Of a DNA stretch of 64,000 nt, positions 1-10,212 are shown in pieces. The notes beneath the pieces are model-generated. The model was given only the letters and a program-made list of their open reading frames with translations, was not told the DNA's origin and did no database searches. The first letter of the stretch is position 1. Each line of letters starts with the position of its first letter. Where the stretch lies: positions 22,734 through 86,733 of the forward strand of contig CAYJKF010000004.1 of assembly GCA_964370865.1 (NCBI GenBank), given 5' to 3'. The translations under genes and the position numbers were made by a program. The stretch is from an uncultured Candidatus Saccharibacteria bacterium. Its GTDB lineage: Bacteria > Patescibacteriota > WWE3 > 2-01-FULL-39-13.

Positions 1-1134
1 CCCCTGATTGAGTATTGCCAGCTCTTAACTCAACCGTTCGTCCACTTAAGCCTACATTTGTACCATTCGCATAGTTAATACCAATAACACGACCTTTTAC
101 GGCCTTTTTCATTTCAAACATTAATAAATTTCCTGAACTTTCAATAGCATGAGTTGCATAGCAAGAATCCCCACCATTTACTTTGGTTATAGACTTAACT
201 CCCTGAGATCTACCAGTTTGATTGTTTTCTACATAATATGCACTATCACAAAAATAAGAGTTGGGAGCTGTGACAATTGCTAACAAAAGATATTCCGATC
301 TAGAGACTATATTGTAAGTGAATGCATTGGAAAAATTCTGTACGCGTAAATGAGCAGGGATAGTACTATTTCCTCTCATGTATTCAATAAGGCCATCTAC
401 TTCATCTAAAAAATGATATGAATCACCTAGGTCAACACCATTTGCGGATGAATAATCTTTGCCAAACCAATAACTCTCATCACATCCAGGCGCCGGCACG
501 TGGGCTGGAGTATTGGAGTATTTAATACACCAAGCCCGGTCACAACTATCTCGACTAGTACCCCAGCAGTAACTTGAGGCATTACATGTACTATTAGTTT
601 TATCTAAGTCACCAGCGGCATTTTCTCGGGATGGTCTCGCTTGTGCACAAAAACGGTCAGCCCAAACTGCTAAAGTGGTCAGACGGGGACCCTCTTGAAT
701 GTCAGAATGTAAATCCCCAACAACGCTAACTTTGTCATCTATTCTATTTTGACCTTGTGTAGCTAATTTTGAGTATTGTGCCTCAGGAGCCCAATAATTA
801 TTACCATCATAATTTTTAGTTATTACTCTAACCCAAGTAGGGGATTCTTTCGGGTTACCACTCACTGAACCAAACGGCACACAAGAATAACTACATGTGG
901 TAGCTGATGTGCAAAAAGGCGCTCCATTTAACTCATTTGCAGGACATACCGCAGAACATGGGTATCTCCATGCACCACCACAATAAGCGCTTCCTGTACA
1001 TAGGTATTGCCCACCTGAGGGAACGCAATCAGTTTCAATAGCAAAAACGGTGGAATGTTGAGTTAAAACGAGTACCGTGTATACACAAAAAGGTAATAAT
1101 AGATTAAAAAATATTTTAAGAAGTGATTTGCGCA
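1..1134 (-). CDS. secreted Cys-rich protein (partial; C-terminus beyond window edge)
   Basis: Manual translation of the reverse strand gives an uninterrupted ORF from the ATG at 1134-1132 to position 1. N-terminus MRKSLLKIFFNLLLPFCVYTVLVLTQ is signal-peptide-like. About 20 Cys lie in the first 230 aa, and the Cys-rich module is shared with the neighbouring giant protein. Absent from the ORF track because it runs off the window. Confidence 0.6.
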
Positions 1135-1214
1135 TATCCGATACTATTAATATTACAATAAATACCTAGACACATGCAAAGAATTCTAGAAAAAATTACG
1201 CAGGGATGATGTTA

Positions 1215-2165
1215 TTAAAATTTCCCGTTATTGGCAACGATTGGAAAATGATTTTTATAAGGAGAATAAGATGCTCTTTGAGTTTCATCAGGTGTTGGAA
1301 TCGGTGATTGTACCCCTTCTGGAGTTTGTGTTGCTGTCGGCGTTACGGTTGGTGTGGCAGTTGGCGTTGCGGTTGGAGTTGCTGTCCCTTTATAAAAAGG
1401 ATTCCTATACACGAATGCAAGCGCTGGCGTCTGTGCGCTAATGTTTCCTTCGGTAACCCATTCTCCATATTGCAACACTGAGGTTTCCATTACAAGTCGA
1501 ATTACTACCACGATATACTCTTGGTTTTCATTAACCTGGAGAATCTCGATTGTCTCACATGGAGAAATACAAACATCTTCAGTCTGCATTCCCATTACCA
1601 TCGAAATCAATCTTACCTCATCTTCAGTTGTAGGTAAAACATTCCAAGATATTATCCCAGCATCGAATTCAGCTCCTGCTGATATCATTTTTATTGTATT
1701 GGAATCATTAATGCGTAGTTCAACTCCACCATAAGATCCTTCTTTCCAAGTAGCTAGTCCACCATACGGATCTATTGCAGGTAAAAATATGGGATCTGTT
1801 ATAGGATTAAGTTTTGTTCCAATCACTATCTCACTAGGGTCTACCTCTAAAGCAGAAACGGGTGGGGTAGGTGTAGTAGGAATAGTAGGAACTGGATTAG
1901 GGGCTTGACCGATTGCGCCAGGAATTTCATCGACAGGATTTCTAGGCCCCGGAAACATTCTGGTGAATGGTGCTGCTGCGACTAAAGCCAGGGCACCTTT
2001 TACAAAAGATCTTCTGCCAATTTCCGATGGGTGATTTTCAGGTTGTGTAACCTCATTTTCAAACGCTTCGTCACCGACACGACTAACAGTTTCATTATTA
2101 TATGAATTAGGATTGGGAAGGTTGACTGGATCAGTTTCTACTTGAAAAACATCGCCTGTTAACAT
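1215..2165 (-). CDS. secreted protein with Thr-Pro repeat linker (hypothetical)
   Basis: 316-aa ORF. The C-terminal part carries a TATPTATPTATPTVTPTATQTP low-complexity linker. An internal twin-arginine-like motif (IGRRSFVKGALALVAAAPF) sits ~50 aa from the annotated start, so the true start may be further downstream. Confidence 0.5.
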   Translation of the reverse strand: MLTGDVFQVETDPVNLPNPNSYNNETVSRVGDEAFENEVTQPENHPSEIGRRSFVKGALALVAAAPFTRMFPGPRNPVDEIPGAIGQAPNPVPTIPTTPTPPVSALEVDPSEIVIGTKLNPITDPIFLPAIDPYGGLATWKEGSYGGVELRINDSNTIKMISAGAEFDAGIISWNVLPTTEDEVRLISMVMGMQTEDVCISPCETIEILQVNENQEYIVVVIRLVMETSVLQYGEWVTEGNISAQTPALAFVYRNPFYKGTATPTATPTATPTVTPTATQTPEGVQSPIPTPDETQRASYSPYKNHFPIVANNGKF

Positions 2166-2226
2166 TTATGCCAATAGTTTATCAGATTAGCTATCAACTT
2201 GCAACTATAGGTCCCTAAAAGTGCCT

Positions 2227-5200
2227 TTATTCAGTCAAAATGTAATAAACTTTAGATTCAGTAATTTCTGCAGGTAAGCTATCAGAAACTCCTATTAAGG
2301 ATGAATTATAAAATATTCGTTCTGCCGGCACGTCGACTGTCACTAAACTGTCCGCTAAATCTCTATCGAATATTATATTGTGTGCATAAATTCCCCCACT
2401 AATGTCAATCGGTATATCACTATCATCTCCGCTGGACTTGAATTCGATTGTACCAGTGGCGATTAAAAACACTGAGTCTATTTCTGTAACATCAGGTTCA
2501 ATCAACACATTGCCTTTAACATATAATATGAGCGGTTTAGTACTAGCGGAGGTGATATTCGAATCAATGTTTACAGTTCCACCATTTTTAACCTCAATAA
2601 ATACAACACGCGCATCCGTACTATCTGATAATGGGCCACCAATGTCATCATTATTATCAACCTCTAAGTACGACCTTCCATGATTTACGGCAGCTGGGAA
2701 GGCATTCTTTGTCTCCCAAATAGGGGACCCTAAATCAATTAACGCCTTAACATTTGCAAACATCGTCTCTATTGGAGTTTCGAACTTCATAGGGGAATTA
2801 TCTCCACTAACTAAATCTGGCACACCCCAATTCTTAAGTCCATTTCCATAAAAATCCATAGCAGGAGGAATTGGAGAAGGATCGGTTCCAAACGAGCTGT
2901 ACAAACCGCCACCTTCAAATCTAGGAATGATTGTCTCGTCTATACCTAGAGCAGTATACATATCAAATCCTTTTGGAGGAGTGATAAGACCGGTTGGATT
3001 TCCAATTATTACTCCACCTGCTGGCATACCTTCGCTAGGTCCAAACCCGTTTAGTGGGAAAGTAATAAACGCATTTGAGTGAACACCACCGTTATATGCC
3101 TGCCACCATTTAGTTGCTTCTTGTTTATAAAGTTTGATGGGAGAAACCGTCACAATGTTTGAACCGGGAATAGTATACGTAGTTGGTGTATGGAACGGTA
3201 TTGTTGTAGTTCCAGAACAATTTCCATATCCAACAAACGGACCGTCATTTATACCAGTTAACTGAATGTTGTAATCTGTATTGTAAGCTAAATTAGCGTT
3301 AGGGAAAGAATACATACCTTGATCATCTGTCTTTTTAGTCTGAGGAGGCATAATGCTTAATTGGACGTTTACACCTTCGAATTCTGTAGGCACTACACTT
3401 GGGTCGTTACATTCTGCGGAATCAGCAACCACAGTTATTTTAGACGGACCTACCTGTACAGGAGGATACTTAAGTTCATAAAGTGCGTTACATTGATTAG
3501 TAGGATCTGTATTTGTTACATTTCCTAAGGCATCAGTCCAATCTACATATGCTCTGTAAGTACCTCGTGGAAGACTTAGCGATGCTATCCAATCATATGA
3601 TCGGCTAACTGCTATACCCACGTTGTTACCAACAATATTTAAGGTCCCACTATCCGCAACTTGTACCCCAGAAGAATTCTTAACGTAAACTCTATATTTC
3701 GTAATATTTGAGGTCGAATCAGTTGCACTATTAGAAATTCTTACAGTAGTCTCGCCATTATGACTTGGAGGGATAAATGAAATTGGAGTACAAGCCGGTG
3801 CCGTTCTATCTATGACAAAAGGCGCAGTTGTAAATACACCAAAATTACCAGCCCGACCAGAATTATCTGTTATTGTAATACGTGCTCTATATGTTCCATT
3901 GGGAACAAGAGTAATAGCAGGGAGAGTTATAGTTTCATTGAAATTTCCGATATGATTTGCATTTGTCATTTGAGCAACTGTCCTCTCGGGAAACTGATTA
4001 GGTTTATTATATATTGCTGGATAGATCGGATTCCCTAATGAATTTATTAGATGAACTGTTAAACCTTTTAAACTCCAATCGTCCCTTGCATTAGCTGTAA
4101 TCGTATATGTACTGTTGTTTGCACCTCTTGTTATGGTTCCAGCCGTTACTACTGGCGCCAAATCCGTCACACAGATAGTATTGTTTATATTTCTTGTAGC
4201 ACCAGTATAAGGATCCCAAGAAACTCTAATAGGCATAGCAAGCGATCCTTTATTAATTCCATATGAACCTGGGGTTGTACCTGTTCGTAGAGTTACTCGA
4301 ATAGGTTGAGATGTAGTACCATTTCTCAAAGGTTCGTATGCAATCGATAATGCGTTGTTAGCAGTAAATGAACAATTACCAATTCTGGAAGTGCCGTTAA
4401 GACCGCATATAGAACTCGCAAGTGTGTTATTAAGTGTGGCTATACCATCTTCATCATCATCATAATTAGATACTATAAATGAGACACCTGTAGTAGTAGG
4501 CGACGTTTTGGATAAGCACGCAGAACCTAATCCAGCCGTACTTAGTACTTGCGTTCCTGGAGTAGCAGGTTGTGTTCTAATAACAACAGTTGCGGATCCA
4601 GATGAAGTTGGTGGAATAAGTTTATCAAAACCTGTTCCTGTTAAATTACAATTAAGTCCATTAAAATTTGCAGTTGTATAGATTGGTGTTTGGGTATTTC
4701 TTGGCGAAATAGTACCACATGAGGTTGTCCATTGATAACTGTATATTGGATCACCGTTTGGATCTTTACAATCTAGTTTTACTGGAATAGTAGTATTTTT
4801 AGGCCACACGAGTGCGTTATTATATGGTATCCATGTATCATCATTCTTCCTATATTGAATAGTACAGACAGGTGGCAGGTTTGCGGGGCAGCGTCCAACC
4901 CCTTTCGCACCTACAACACCACAACTTCTTAAAGTACCACTAATATCCGTATAGCCGGTTTCTGCATTAACTGTATATGTAACATTTGCACCAGTGCACG
5001 GCGCTAATGTATCTACATATCTAAAAGTAGCCGGATTGGTACTTCCTGGTACATCAGCAATATGCGTTGACCCTCTATAAATCCGATATCTTCGAACGTC
5101 ACTTAGATAAGCGACCCCTGGATTTGAAGGATATGACCACGTAACTGTAATTTGACCTTTTTCATTTGTACTTGCAACAACTGTCGGAGCAAGTGGTGCA

Positions 5201-7224
5201 TAAGAAATATGTATTGTCTTATATGGTTTAGTAGCATTGGTGTCAATCATTGGATTAGTAATGTTTGGGCTGTAAGCTCCACAATATTTAACAGCAGGAC
5301 TATAAGTTGCATAATTCACATAAGGATTACCTGAACACATTCTGGCAGCATTGTCATTTACCGTTAAGGCTACATAATAATTGGAACCAGCTTTGTAACC
5401 GCGAGCAGTAGAATACGTATTGCTGTCAACTGAGGACATCGATTTGCCTGGTACAGTTCTAACAGTTTGAAATTGATTTACCCAGGTACCATAACCTGAA
5501 GTAGCACCTGTAACACTTGTGCTGAGGGTATATGGATTCGTAGGAAGTAGCAGTGATGAATTGTTTGGACTGGCTGTAACCGATGTAGCATACGAGACTG
5601 AACCGTTCAGGCATGCAACATGGTCATATGGTAAACCTGCCGAAACTTTATTTGAGTTATTTACAACACTTAGAGTTCCAGTAGGGTGTTGATTTCCTAC
5701 TCTATTAAAGGCAAAGACGCATCTAGCGGAATCTAACAACGCCTCCACATTTGAACTTGAACAATCATTATTAGTAATAGTTGATTGTCCAACATATTGC
5801 GTATCACCAACTCTAGTATCTCTCCCATCACTTCTCCAAGTATAATTAATATTTGAACCCGTCGCGGCTCGATAATTCGAAGTATTCACAGCAAACGCAG
5901 ACCCTGTATGCCCACCAGGAGTAGAACCAGAAACGTAGACCGTATAATATTGACTTGAATATAAATTGGGCTCATTAAATCGATAATAGCCATTTGAATC
6001 AGTGGTTGTAGTTACTGTAGTAGGGGTTACATTGTTATTGTTATAACGTAAGCTTACTTGAATTCCCGAGATACCTGCTGGAGTAGCACTTCCATCCAAA
6101 CTAACAACCTTACCTATTACTGCTTTTCTTACTTCAAACAAAACATAATTTCCACCACCTCTAAAAGCTAACTCTACGTCACATCTAGTACCATCATCCA
6201 ATACACCCAAAGCAGGATCTTCTTGTTCAGGTCTAATATGTAACCGTTCACCGGTACTGTCCTCAACAACTAACCCTCCTCCACTATCCTTATCACCTAA
6301 TCTAACTGAACCACTGTCATGTCTTAGAAGTCCATAAGCGTTGTAACAAAAGTAAGAACCTGGCGTGGCTAACCTAACTCTATAATCCTGGTTTTCTTGA
6401 TCTTTGAAATTAAAAGTATAAATTTGGTCATATCGTTGCATAGGCATACCCTCTGGTATGGTTTCCCAACCCCACCTATCTTCTTCTTTATCATACAACC
6501 TCCAGTTAAAGCCATCTTTAAGAATATGGTGTAATTTGTTAACAGGAGAAATTTTATCTTTATCAGCATTCAAATCCGCTAGATCAGGTCCGCCACTAAA
6601 CCACTCTGTCTGAGTACAACCGTCTCCATTATCATAAACACAAGTCTGACCATTTCTTTGACACGCAGAGTTGCTTACGATATTTAGTTTTCCATCTGCG
6701 GCAACACTAGCTGCATTACCACGTCCACACATATGACCAGACCAAATTTCGCCACCATCATTGTTTGAACTGCTAGTAAATCTTACATTCCAATCCTTTC
6801 TATTAGTGGCATTAACAGAAAGACCTGAAGCTTCAGCAGGTCCAAAATAAACTTCTGTTGAATTAAAACTCCTGGAGAAAACTCTTGCCCATGCAATATC
6901 ATCATCTGGGGGACCTACTGAACCGCCACCACCTGAACCACATTGTGTAAAACAGTTGTACCCCCATTGGGTGGAAGGCAAACAAACTGTATTCCCAACC
7001 CCTTGTGAGCTTTCGTCACACAAAGTCGACGAACAACCAACTATACCTCCGGAACAAGTACGCAATGAACCTGGACATGAAAAATACTTTTCAGTACCAA
7101 GCATAATCTCATAACATTCAACCTCTTCTGCAAGAGCATTTCTACTAGAAAAAACGAATAAAAGAGTAAAGAAAATGGAACTGCTATATAATAATTGAGT
7201 TAAAAATTTATTCTTATTCCACAT
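2227..7224 (-). CDS. giant cell-surface/adhesin-like protein (1665 aa), Thr/Asn/Ser-rich, Cys-rich N-terminal module
   Basis: Long uninterrupted ORF. N-terminal signal peptide (MWNKNKFLTQLLYSSSIFFTLLFVFSSRNALA) followed by a Cys-rich region. Extensive T/S/N-rich beta-rich repeats are typical of surface adhesins. It lies directly upstream of the T4P genes. Confidence 0.75.
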   Translation of the reverse strand: MWNKNKFLTQLLYSSSIFFTLLFVFSSRNALAEEVECYEIMLGTEKYFSCPGSLRTCSGGIVGCSSTLCDESSQGVGNTVCLPSTQWGYNCFTQCGSGGGGSVGPPDDDIAWARVFSRSFNSTEVYFGPAEASGLSVNATNRKDWNVRFTSSSNNDGGEIWSGHMCGRGNAASVAADGKLNIVSNSACQRNGQTCVYDNGDGCTQTEWFSGGPDLADLNADKDKISPVNKLHHILKDGFNWRLYDKEEDRWGWETIPEGMPMQRYDQIYTFNFKDQENQDYRVRLATPGSYFCYNAYGLLRHDSGSVRLGDKDSGGGLVVEDSTGERLHIRPEQEDPALGVLDDGTRCDVELAFRGGGNYVLFEVRKAVIGKVVSLDGSATPAGISGIQVSLRYNNNNVTPTTVTTTTDSNGYYRFNEPNLYSSQYYTVYVSGSTPGGHTGSAFAVNTSNYRAATGSNINYTWRSDGRDTRVGDTQYVGQSTITNNDCSSSNVEALLDSARCVFAFNRVGNQHPTGTLSVVNNSNKVSAGLPYDHVACLNGSVSYATSVTASPNNSSLLLPTNPYTLSTSVTGATSGYGTWVNQFQTVRTVPGKSMSSVDSNTYSTARGYKAGSNYYVALTVNDNAARMCSGNPYVNYATYSPAVKYCGAYSPNITNPMIDTNATKPYKTIHISYAPLAPTVVASTNEKGQITVTWSYPSNPGVAYLSDVRRYRIYRGSTHIADVPGSTNPATFRYVDTLAPCTGANVTYTVNAETGYTDISGTLRSCGVVGAKGVGRCPANLPPVCTIQYRKNDDTWIPYNNALVWPKNTTIPVKLDCKDPNGDPIYSYQWTTSCGTISPRNTQTPIYTTANFNGLNCNLTGTGFDKLIPPTSSGSATVVIRTQPATPGTQVLSTAGLGSACLSKTSPTTTGVSFIVSNYDDDEDGIATLNNTLASSICGLNGTSRIGNCSFTANNALSIAYEPLRNGTTSQPIRVTLRTGTTPGSYGINKGSLAMPIRVSWDPYTGATRNINNTICVTDLAPVVTAGTITRGANNSTYTITANARDDWSLKGLTVHLINSLGNPIYPAIYNKPNQFPERTVAQMTNANHIGNFNETITLPAITLVPNGTYRARITITDNSGRAGNFGVFTTAPFVIDRTAPACTPISFIPPSHNGETTVRISNSATDSTSNITKYRVYVKNSSGVQVADSGTLNIVGNNVGIAVSRSYDWIASLSLPRGTYRAYVDWTDALGNVTNTDPTNQCNALYELKYPPVQVGPSKITVVADSAECNDPSVVPTEFEGVNVQLSIMPPQTKKTDDQGMYSFPNANLAYNTDYNIQLTGINDGPFVGYGNCSGTTTIPFHTPTTYTIPGSNIVTVSPIKLYKQEATKWWQAYNGGVHSNAFITFPLNGFGPSEGMPAGGVIIGNPTGLITPPKGFDMYTALGIDETIIPRFEGGGLYSSFGTDPSPIPPAMDFYGNGLKNWGVPDLVSGDNSPMKFETPIETMFANVKALIDLGSPIWETKNAFPAAVNHGRSYLEVDNNDDIGGPLSDSTDARVVFIEVKNGGTVNIDSNITSASTKPLILYVKGNVLIEPDVTEIDSVFLIATGTIEFKSSGDDSDIPIDISGGIYAHNIIFDRDLADSLVTVDVPAERIFYNSSLIGVSDSLPAEITESKVYYILTE

Positions 7225-7801
7225 ATTTCTCTACAAATACTTTAAACTCAACGCCATCTACTTTAAATGTAAATTCACCTATAAAGTCGAATCCGAAACT
7301 TCGGTTATCCTTTGAATCGATTATTGTGTCTTTTGAATTTGTGTCGGTGATAGATAAATTCTCAATTGTAATACTTCGATCTAATTCATTTGAAAATTTA
7401 ACATAATCTCCAATTGTTATGACCATTGCTCTGGACGTTATACCTTCAGGTAATATCAAGACATCATGAAGAACCGGTTCTCGATTGTTAAGCGTTGTCT
7501 CAACAAATTTTTCCCTTTGTTCTGTATCTACAATACTTGCTGAATTTGTTAACTCAGGATTTTCTTTTTTCAATTCGTCGAAAGTAACTTCGTCAGATTC
7601 TGCCAAAAAATCATCAAAAGAGTATTGGGCTCTTTGTTGATATTCATATTCTTCGTCATAAGGAACATCATTCTTATTATTTAAATTAGAAATTAAAGGG
7701 ACATTTATATTCGTGAAAAATATAATTACGGCAAAAATAATTGTTATTAAGCCAATAATTGTAAAAGCAACTCGGACAGGTTTAGATATATTCATAATCA
7801 A
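7214..7801 (-). CDS. bitopic membrane protein (N-terminal TM, acidic ectodomain), paralog of 8796..9440
   Basis: N-terminus MIMNISKPVRVAFTIIGLITIIFAVIIFF is one TM helix. The C-terminal GFDFIGEFTFKVDGVEFKVFVEKYVE resembles the C-terminus of the 8796..9440 protein (VFDILGEFKFEVDGKPFSVFVTKPES). A REKFVE motif is shared. Confidence 0.6.
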   Translation of the reverse strand: MIMNISKPVRVAFTIIGLITIIFAVIIFFTNINVPLISNLNNKNDVPYDEEYEYQQRAQYSFDDFLAESDEVTFDELKKENPELTNSASIVDTEQREKFVETTLNNREPVLHDVLILPEGITSRAMVITIGDYVKFSNELDRSITIENLSITDTNSKDTIIDSKDNRSFGFDFIGEFTFKVDGVEFKVFVEKYVE

Positions 7802-7884
7802 AAAAGGGGTTACCCCTTACCAATTAATAATACCTCATATGAGTTGAAATTGTATAGAGTTAATCAAGCAATTCAGTACAACAA

Positions 7885-8760
7885 CTATCCAGTTTGAATT
7901 TCCAATCCATATAGAAACCCCACATCGATGCTAGGATATGCTTCTACAATCCAAGGAACAGGTCGACCAGTTGCGATATCAAATGCATCAAAGCCAACTA
8001 CGAAAATTAGGTTAACTCGAAAGATTAGCCCTGAGTCAACTCTGTATCGTCTTAACACACCATTATTATCGAGAGAATCGATATAACCATCGGGGTACCT
8101 CTCTCTAATCATTTCTTGTATTTTCTCTGGCATATTTTCAAGGTCGCTGAACTTGCCATCTTCTGCGAATGTTCCGATTCCAAACTGTTTATCACTTGCA
8201 TCAATAGAATATAAGCGACGCAACGTTTCTGAAGATATAACCTGTATTTTCTCACCATCTCCAGTTAGATAATCGGCAGGTCTTAGAATTCCTAAGTAAC
8301 CTTCTTCATTTTGCTGACTATCGTAGACAAATGACAAATCAGTTATACCATCAGGTCCCTTCCATAATATAGTAATGTTGTCTTCTGATACAGAAAGCCC
8401 CCAAACGTTACCAAATGCTTCGTTTTGTTGTAGTCGAAACTCTTCAGGAATGCGCAACCAAGCAGGTACCTTAATATTCTCTCCTGTTGTAGCATCTTCA
8501 TCTTTTTCTGAAAAGTCTACTGATTCGGGAAATGTATATATATCACTAGGAATATTGTTTGGTTCAATTGCAGTTAGATTACTATCTTGTTCAGGAGAAT
8601 CTGGAATTGTATTTTGTGGTGAGACTTCTGGCTCTTCACCAAGATTGCCACAAATTAAACGGAGATGTTCTGAGTCGATTAGGTCGCAAACTTCACTATA
8701 AGCCCGTATTATAGCGGCATCACTTTGCGCAATGTAGTTAGCTTCGGCAATATAATCCAC
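7885..8760 (-). CDS. hypothetical protein
   Basis: 291-aa ORF between the two paralogous membrane proteins. Acidic, with no recognisable motifs. Confidence 0.45.
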   Translation of the reverse strand: MDYIAEANYIAQSDAAIIRAYSEVCDLIDSEHLRLICGNLGEEPEVSPQNTIPDSPEQDSNLTAIEPNNIPSDIYTFPESVDFSEKDEDATTGENIKVPAWLRIPEEFRLQQNEAFGNVWGLSVSEDNITILWKGPDGITDLSFVYDSQQNEEGYLGILRPADYLTGDGEKIQVISSETLRRLYSIDASDKQFGIGTFAEDGKFSDLENMPEKIQEMIRERYPDGYIDSLDNNGVLRRYRVDSGLIFRVNLIFVVGFDAFDIATGRPVPWIVEAYPSIDVGFLYGLEIQTG

Positions 8761-8795
8761 TTGCCCACTATAATACTATAAGTTTGCGAATAATG

Positions 8796-9440
8796 CTAAC
8801 TCTCTGGTTTGGTGACAAAAACCGAGAACGGTTTACCATCTACTTCAAATTTAAATTCTCCGAGGATATCAAAAACGAAAGAAATATTTGAAGCGCCTTC
8901 TTCTGTACCTAAAGAGTAATTATTACCCGTGGTTAGATTCTTAACCTCAATAGTTTTATTAGATTGATTTACAATAGTAACCGCATCAGTTTGGTAAACG
9001 AATGCTGATTCGCTGGATAGGGAAGTTGTATATATAACCCAAATATTCGATGACTCGCGACTGCTATTTACCGATTGTACAAACTTCTCGCGATCCTCTG
9101 TCTTTTGAAGTGAAGTCTCTGAAACTAATTCTGGTGCAGCCTCATTTAAATCATCAAAACCCAAAGTCTTTAAACTTTCATAAAATTCATCAGTAGGGGA
9201 GACTTCTCCATTTTCAGAAACATCAACAACGTTATCTCGTAAAGAATCAGTATTTACAACTTCATCACCAAATTCATTGGTCGTATAAAGAGCGTCCTTT
9301 TTATCGACATCATCAGTTGAATTTCGGAATTTTTGGATTGGGCTTTTGCCCATAACGGTTAATACTAGTACAACAACAGCACCAATTATTACAAGTGTAC
9401 CTATGATGAAAAAGGCGGTTCGGACAGATTTTGCTAGCAT
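8796..9440 (-). CDS. bitopic membrane protein, paralog of 7214..7801 (possible pilus-biogenesis accessory protein)
   Basis: N-terminal TM (MLAKSVRTAFFIIGTLVIIGAVVVLVL). Its C-terminus resembles that of the 7214..7801 protein. Confidence 0.6.
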   Translation of the reverse strand: MLAKSVRTAFFIIGTLVIIGAVVVLVLTVMGKSPIQKFRNSTDDVDKKDALYTTNEFGDEVVNTDSLRDNVVDVSENGEVSPTDEFYESLKTLGFDDLNEAAPELVSETSLQKTEDREKFVQSVNSSRESSNIWVIYTTSLSSESAFVYQTDAVTIVNQSNKTIEVKNLTTGNNYSLGTEEGASNISFVFDILGEFKFEVDGKPFSVFVTKPES

Positions 9441-9450
9441 TACTTATAAA

Positions 9451-10212
9451 TTATTCACCTAACATTACAACAGCTTCGTCAAAAGCAGATGGAAGTTGAC
9501 TGAAGAAACGATAGGCCTCAACTTTTCTATTAACTATCCCCGCAGTACCAATTGCGTTGATTTTGTATCCTGTGATTGTGGGATAATCAGCAATTGTTAT
9601 AGAAAGACTAGAGTAAAGAGGTCTCAATCGTATAAATTTAGTCCCACCTGGCACATCTACGGTAAAACCAGTCCGGTCTTTAAATTCAAAATTTGTAGGA
9701 ACATTAGAATTATCAAAAGCATAAAAATTTCTTGAAACTAGACCCGTGTCGGAATACATATAAACCGCCAAACTTGGTGAACTGTTAGACGTCAATGGCG
9801 TAACCGAAAATTGTAGAGATCCACCAGAATCGCCATAGGTTAATTCCTGTACAGCATTTTCGTTTAGTGCGGGAATTTTAACTTCTCCAGGTTCTGATTC
9901 TGGATAATTTCGAATTTCATATGAATACTTACATACTGTGTCGAGAGCGCCAACGTCACTCCCTGGCGGTAGTTCAACACCACCGTTGCCATCTGGGTCT
10001 GTCGCAGATAACGCACCAAAAGCCTCCTCAGCACCAGCCTCTGCACAAGCTAAAGCCTGCTCAGATTGAGTTGAATAAACTGTGTTTCTTAAATTTATAT
10101 TGGATTGGGTAGAACTTGCCACTCCGATACCCAAGGCAGTGACCATCGTGACTATTACCAAGATTAGAGCAGTTTGTCCTGATTTATTTTTGTTCATATT
10201 AATAAGATCCAC
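9451..10212 (-). CDS. PilX/GspK-like minor pilin (no canonical cleavage motif)
   Basis: N-terminus MNKNKSGQTALILVIVTMVTALGIGVA resembles the G-x-AL-I hydrophobic leader of PilX/GspK. It overlaps the next pseudopilin gene and is the first gene of the pilin array. Confidence 0.5.
   Translation of the reverse strand: MDLINMNKNKSGQTALILVIVTMVTALGIGVASSTQSNINLRNTVYSTQSEQALACAEAGAEEAFGALSATDPDGNGGVELPPGSDVGALDTVCKYSYEIRNYPESEPGEVKIPALNENAVQELTYGDSGGSLQFSVTPLTSNSSPSLAVYMYSDTGLVSRNFYAFDNSNVPTNFEFKDRTGFTVDVPGGTKFIRLRPLYSSLSITIADYPTITGYKINAIGTAGIVNRKVEAYRFFSQLPSAFDEAVVMLGE

Noticed and set aside
1241-1734. Plus-strand ORFs 1241..1441 and 1441..1734 inside or antisense to the 1215..2165 gene
   Set aside because: Short and low-complexity, lying fully antisense to a longer ORF with coherent secreted-protein features. 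Treated as spurious.
1215-2165. Tat signal peptide call for the TP-linker protein
   Set aside because: The RR motif lies about 50 residues from the annotated start and no closer in-frame ATG/GTG/TTG start is obvious. Left as a note only.
2402-6569. Short ORFs 2402..2683, 5152..5334 and 6369..6569 inside the giant protein gene
   Set aside because: Antisense or embedded within a 5-kb uninterrupted ORF. No motifs and no RBS.
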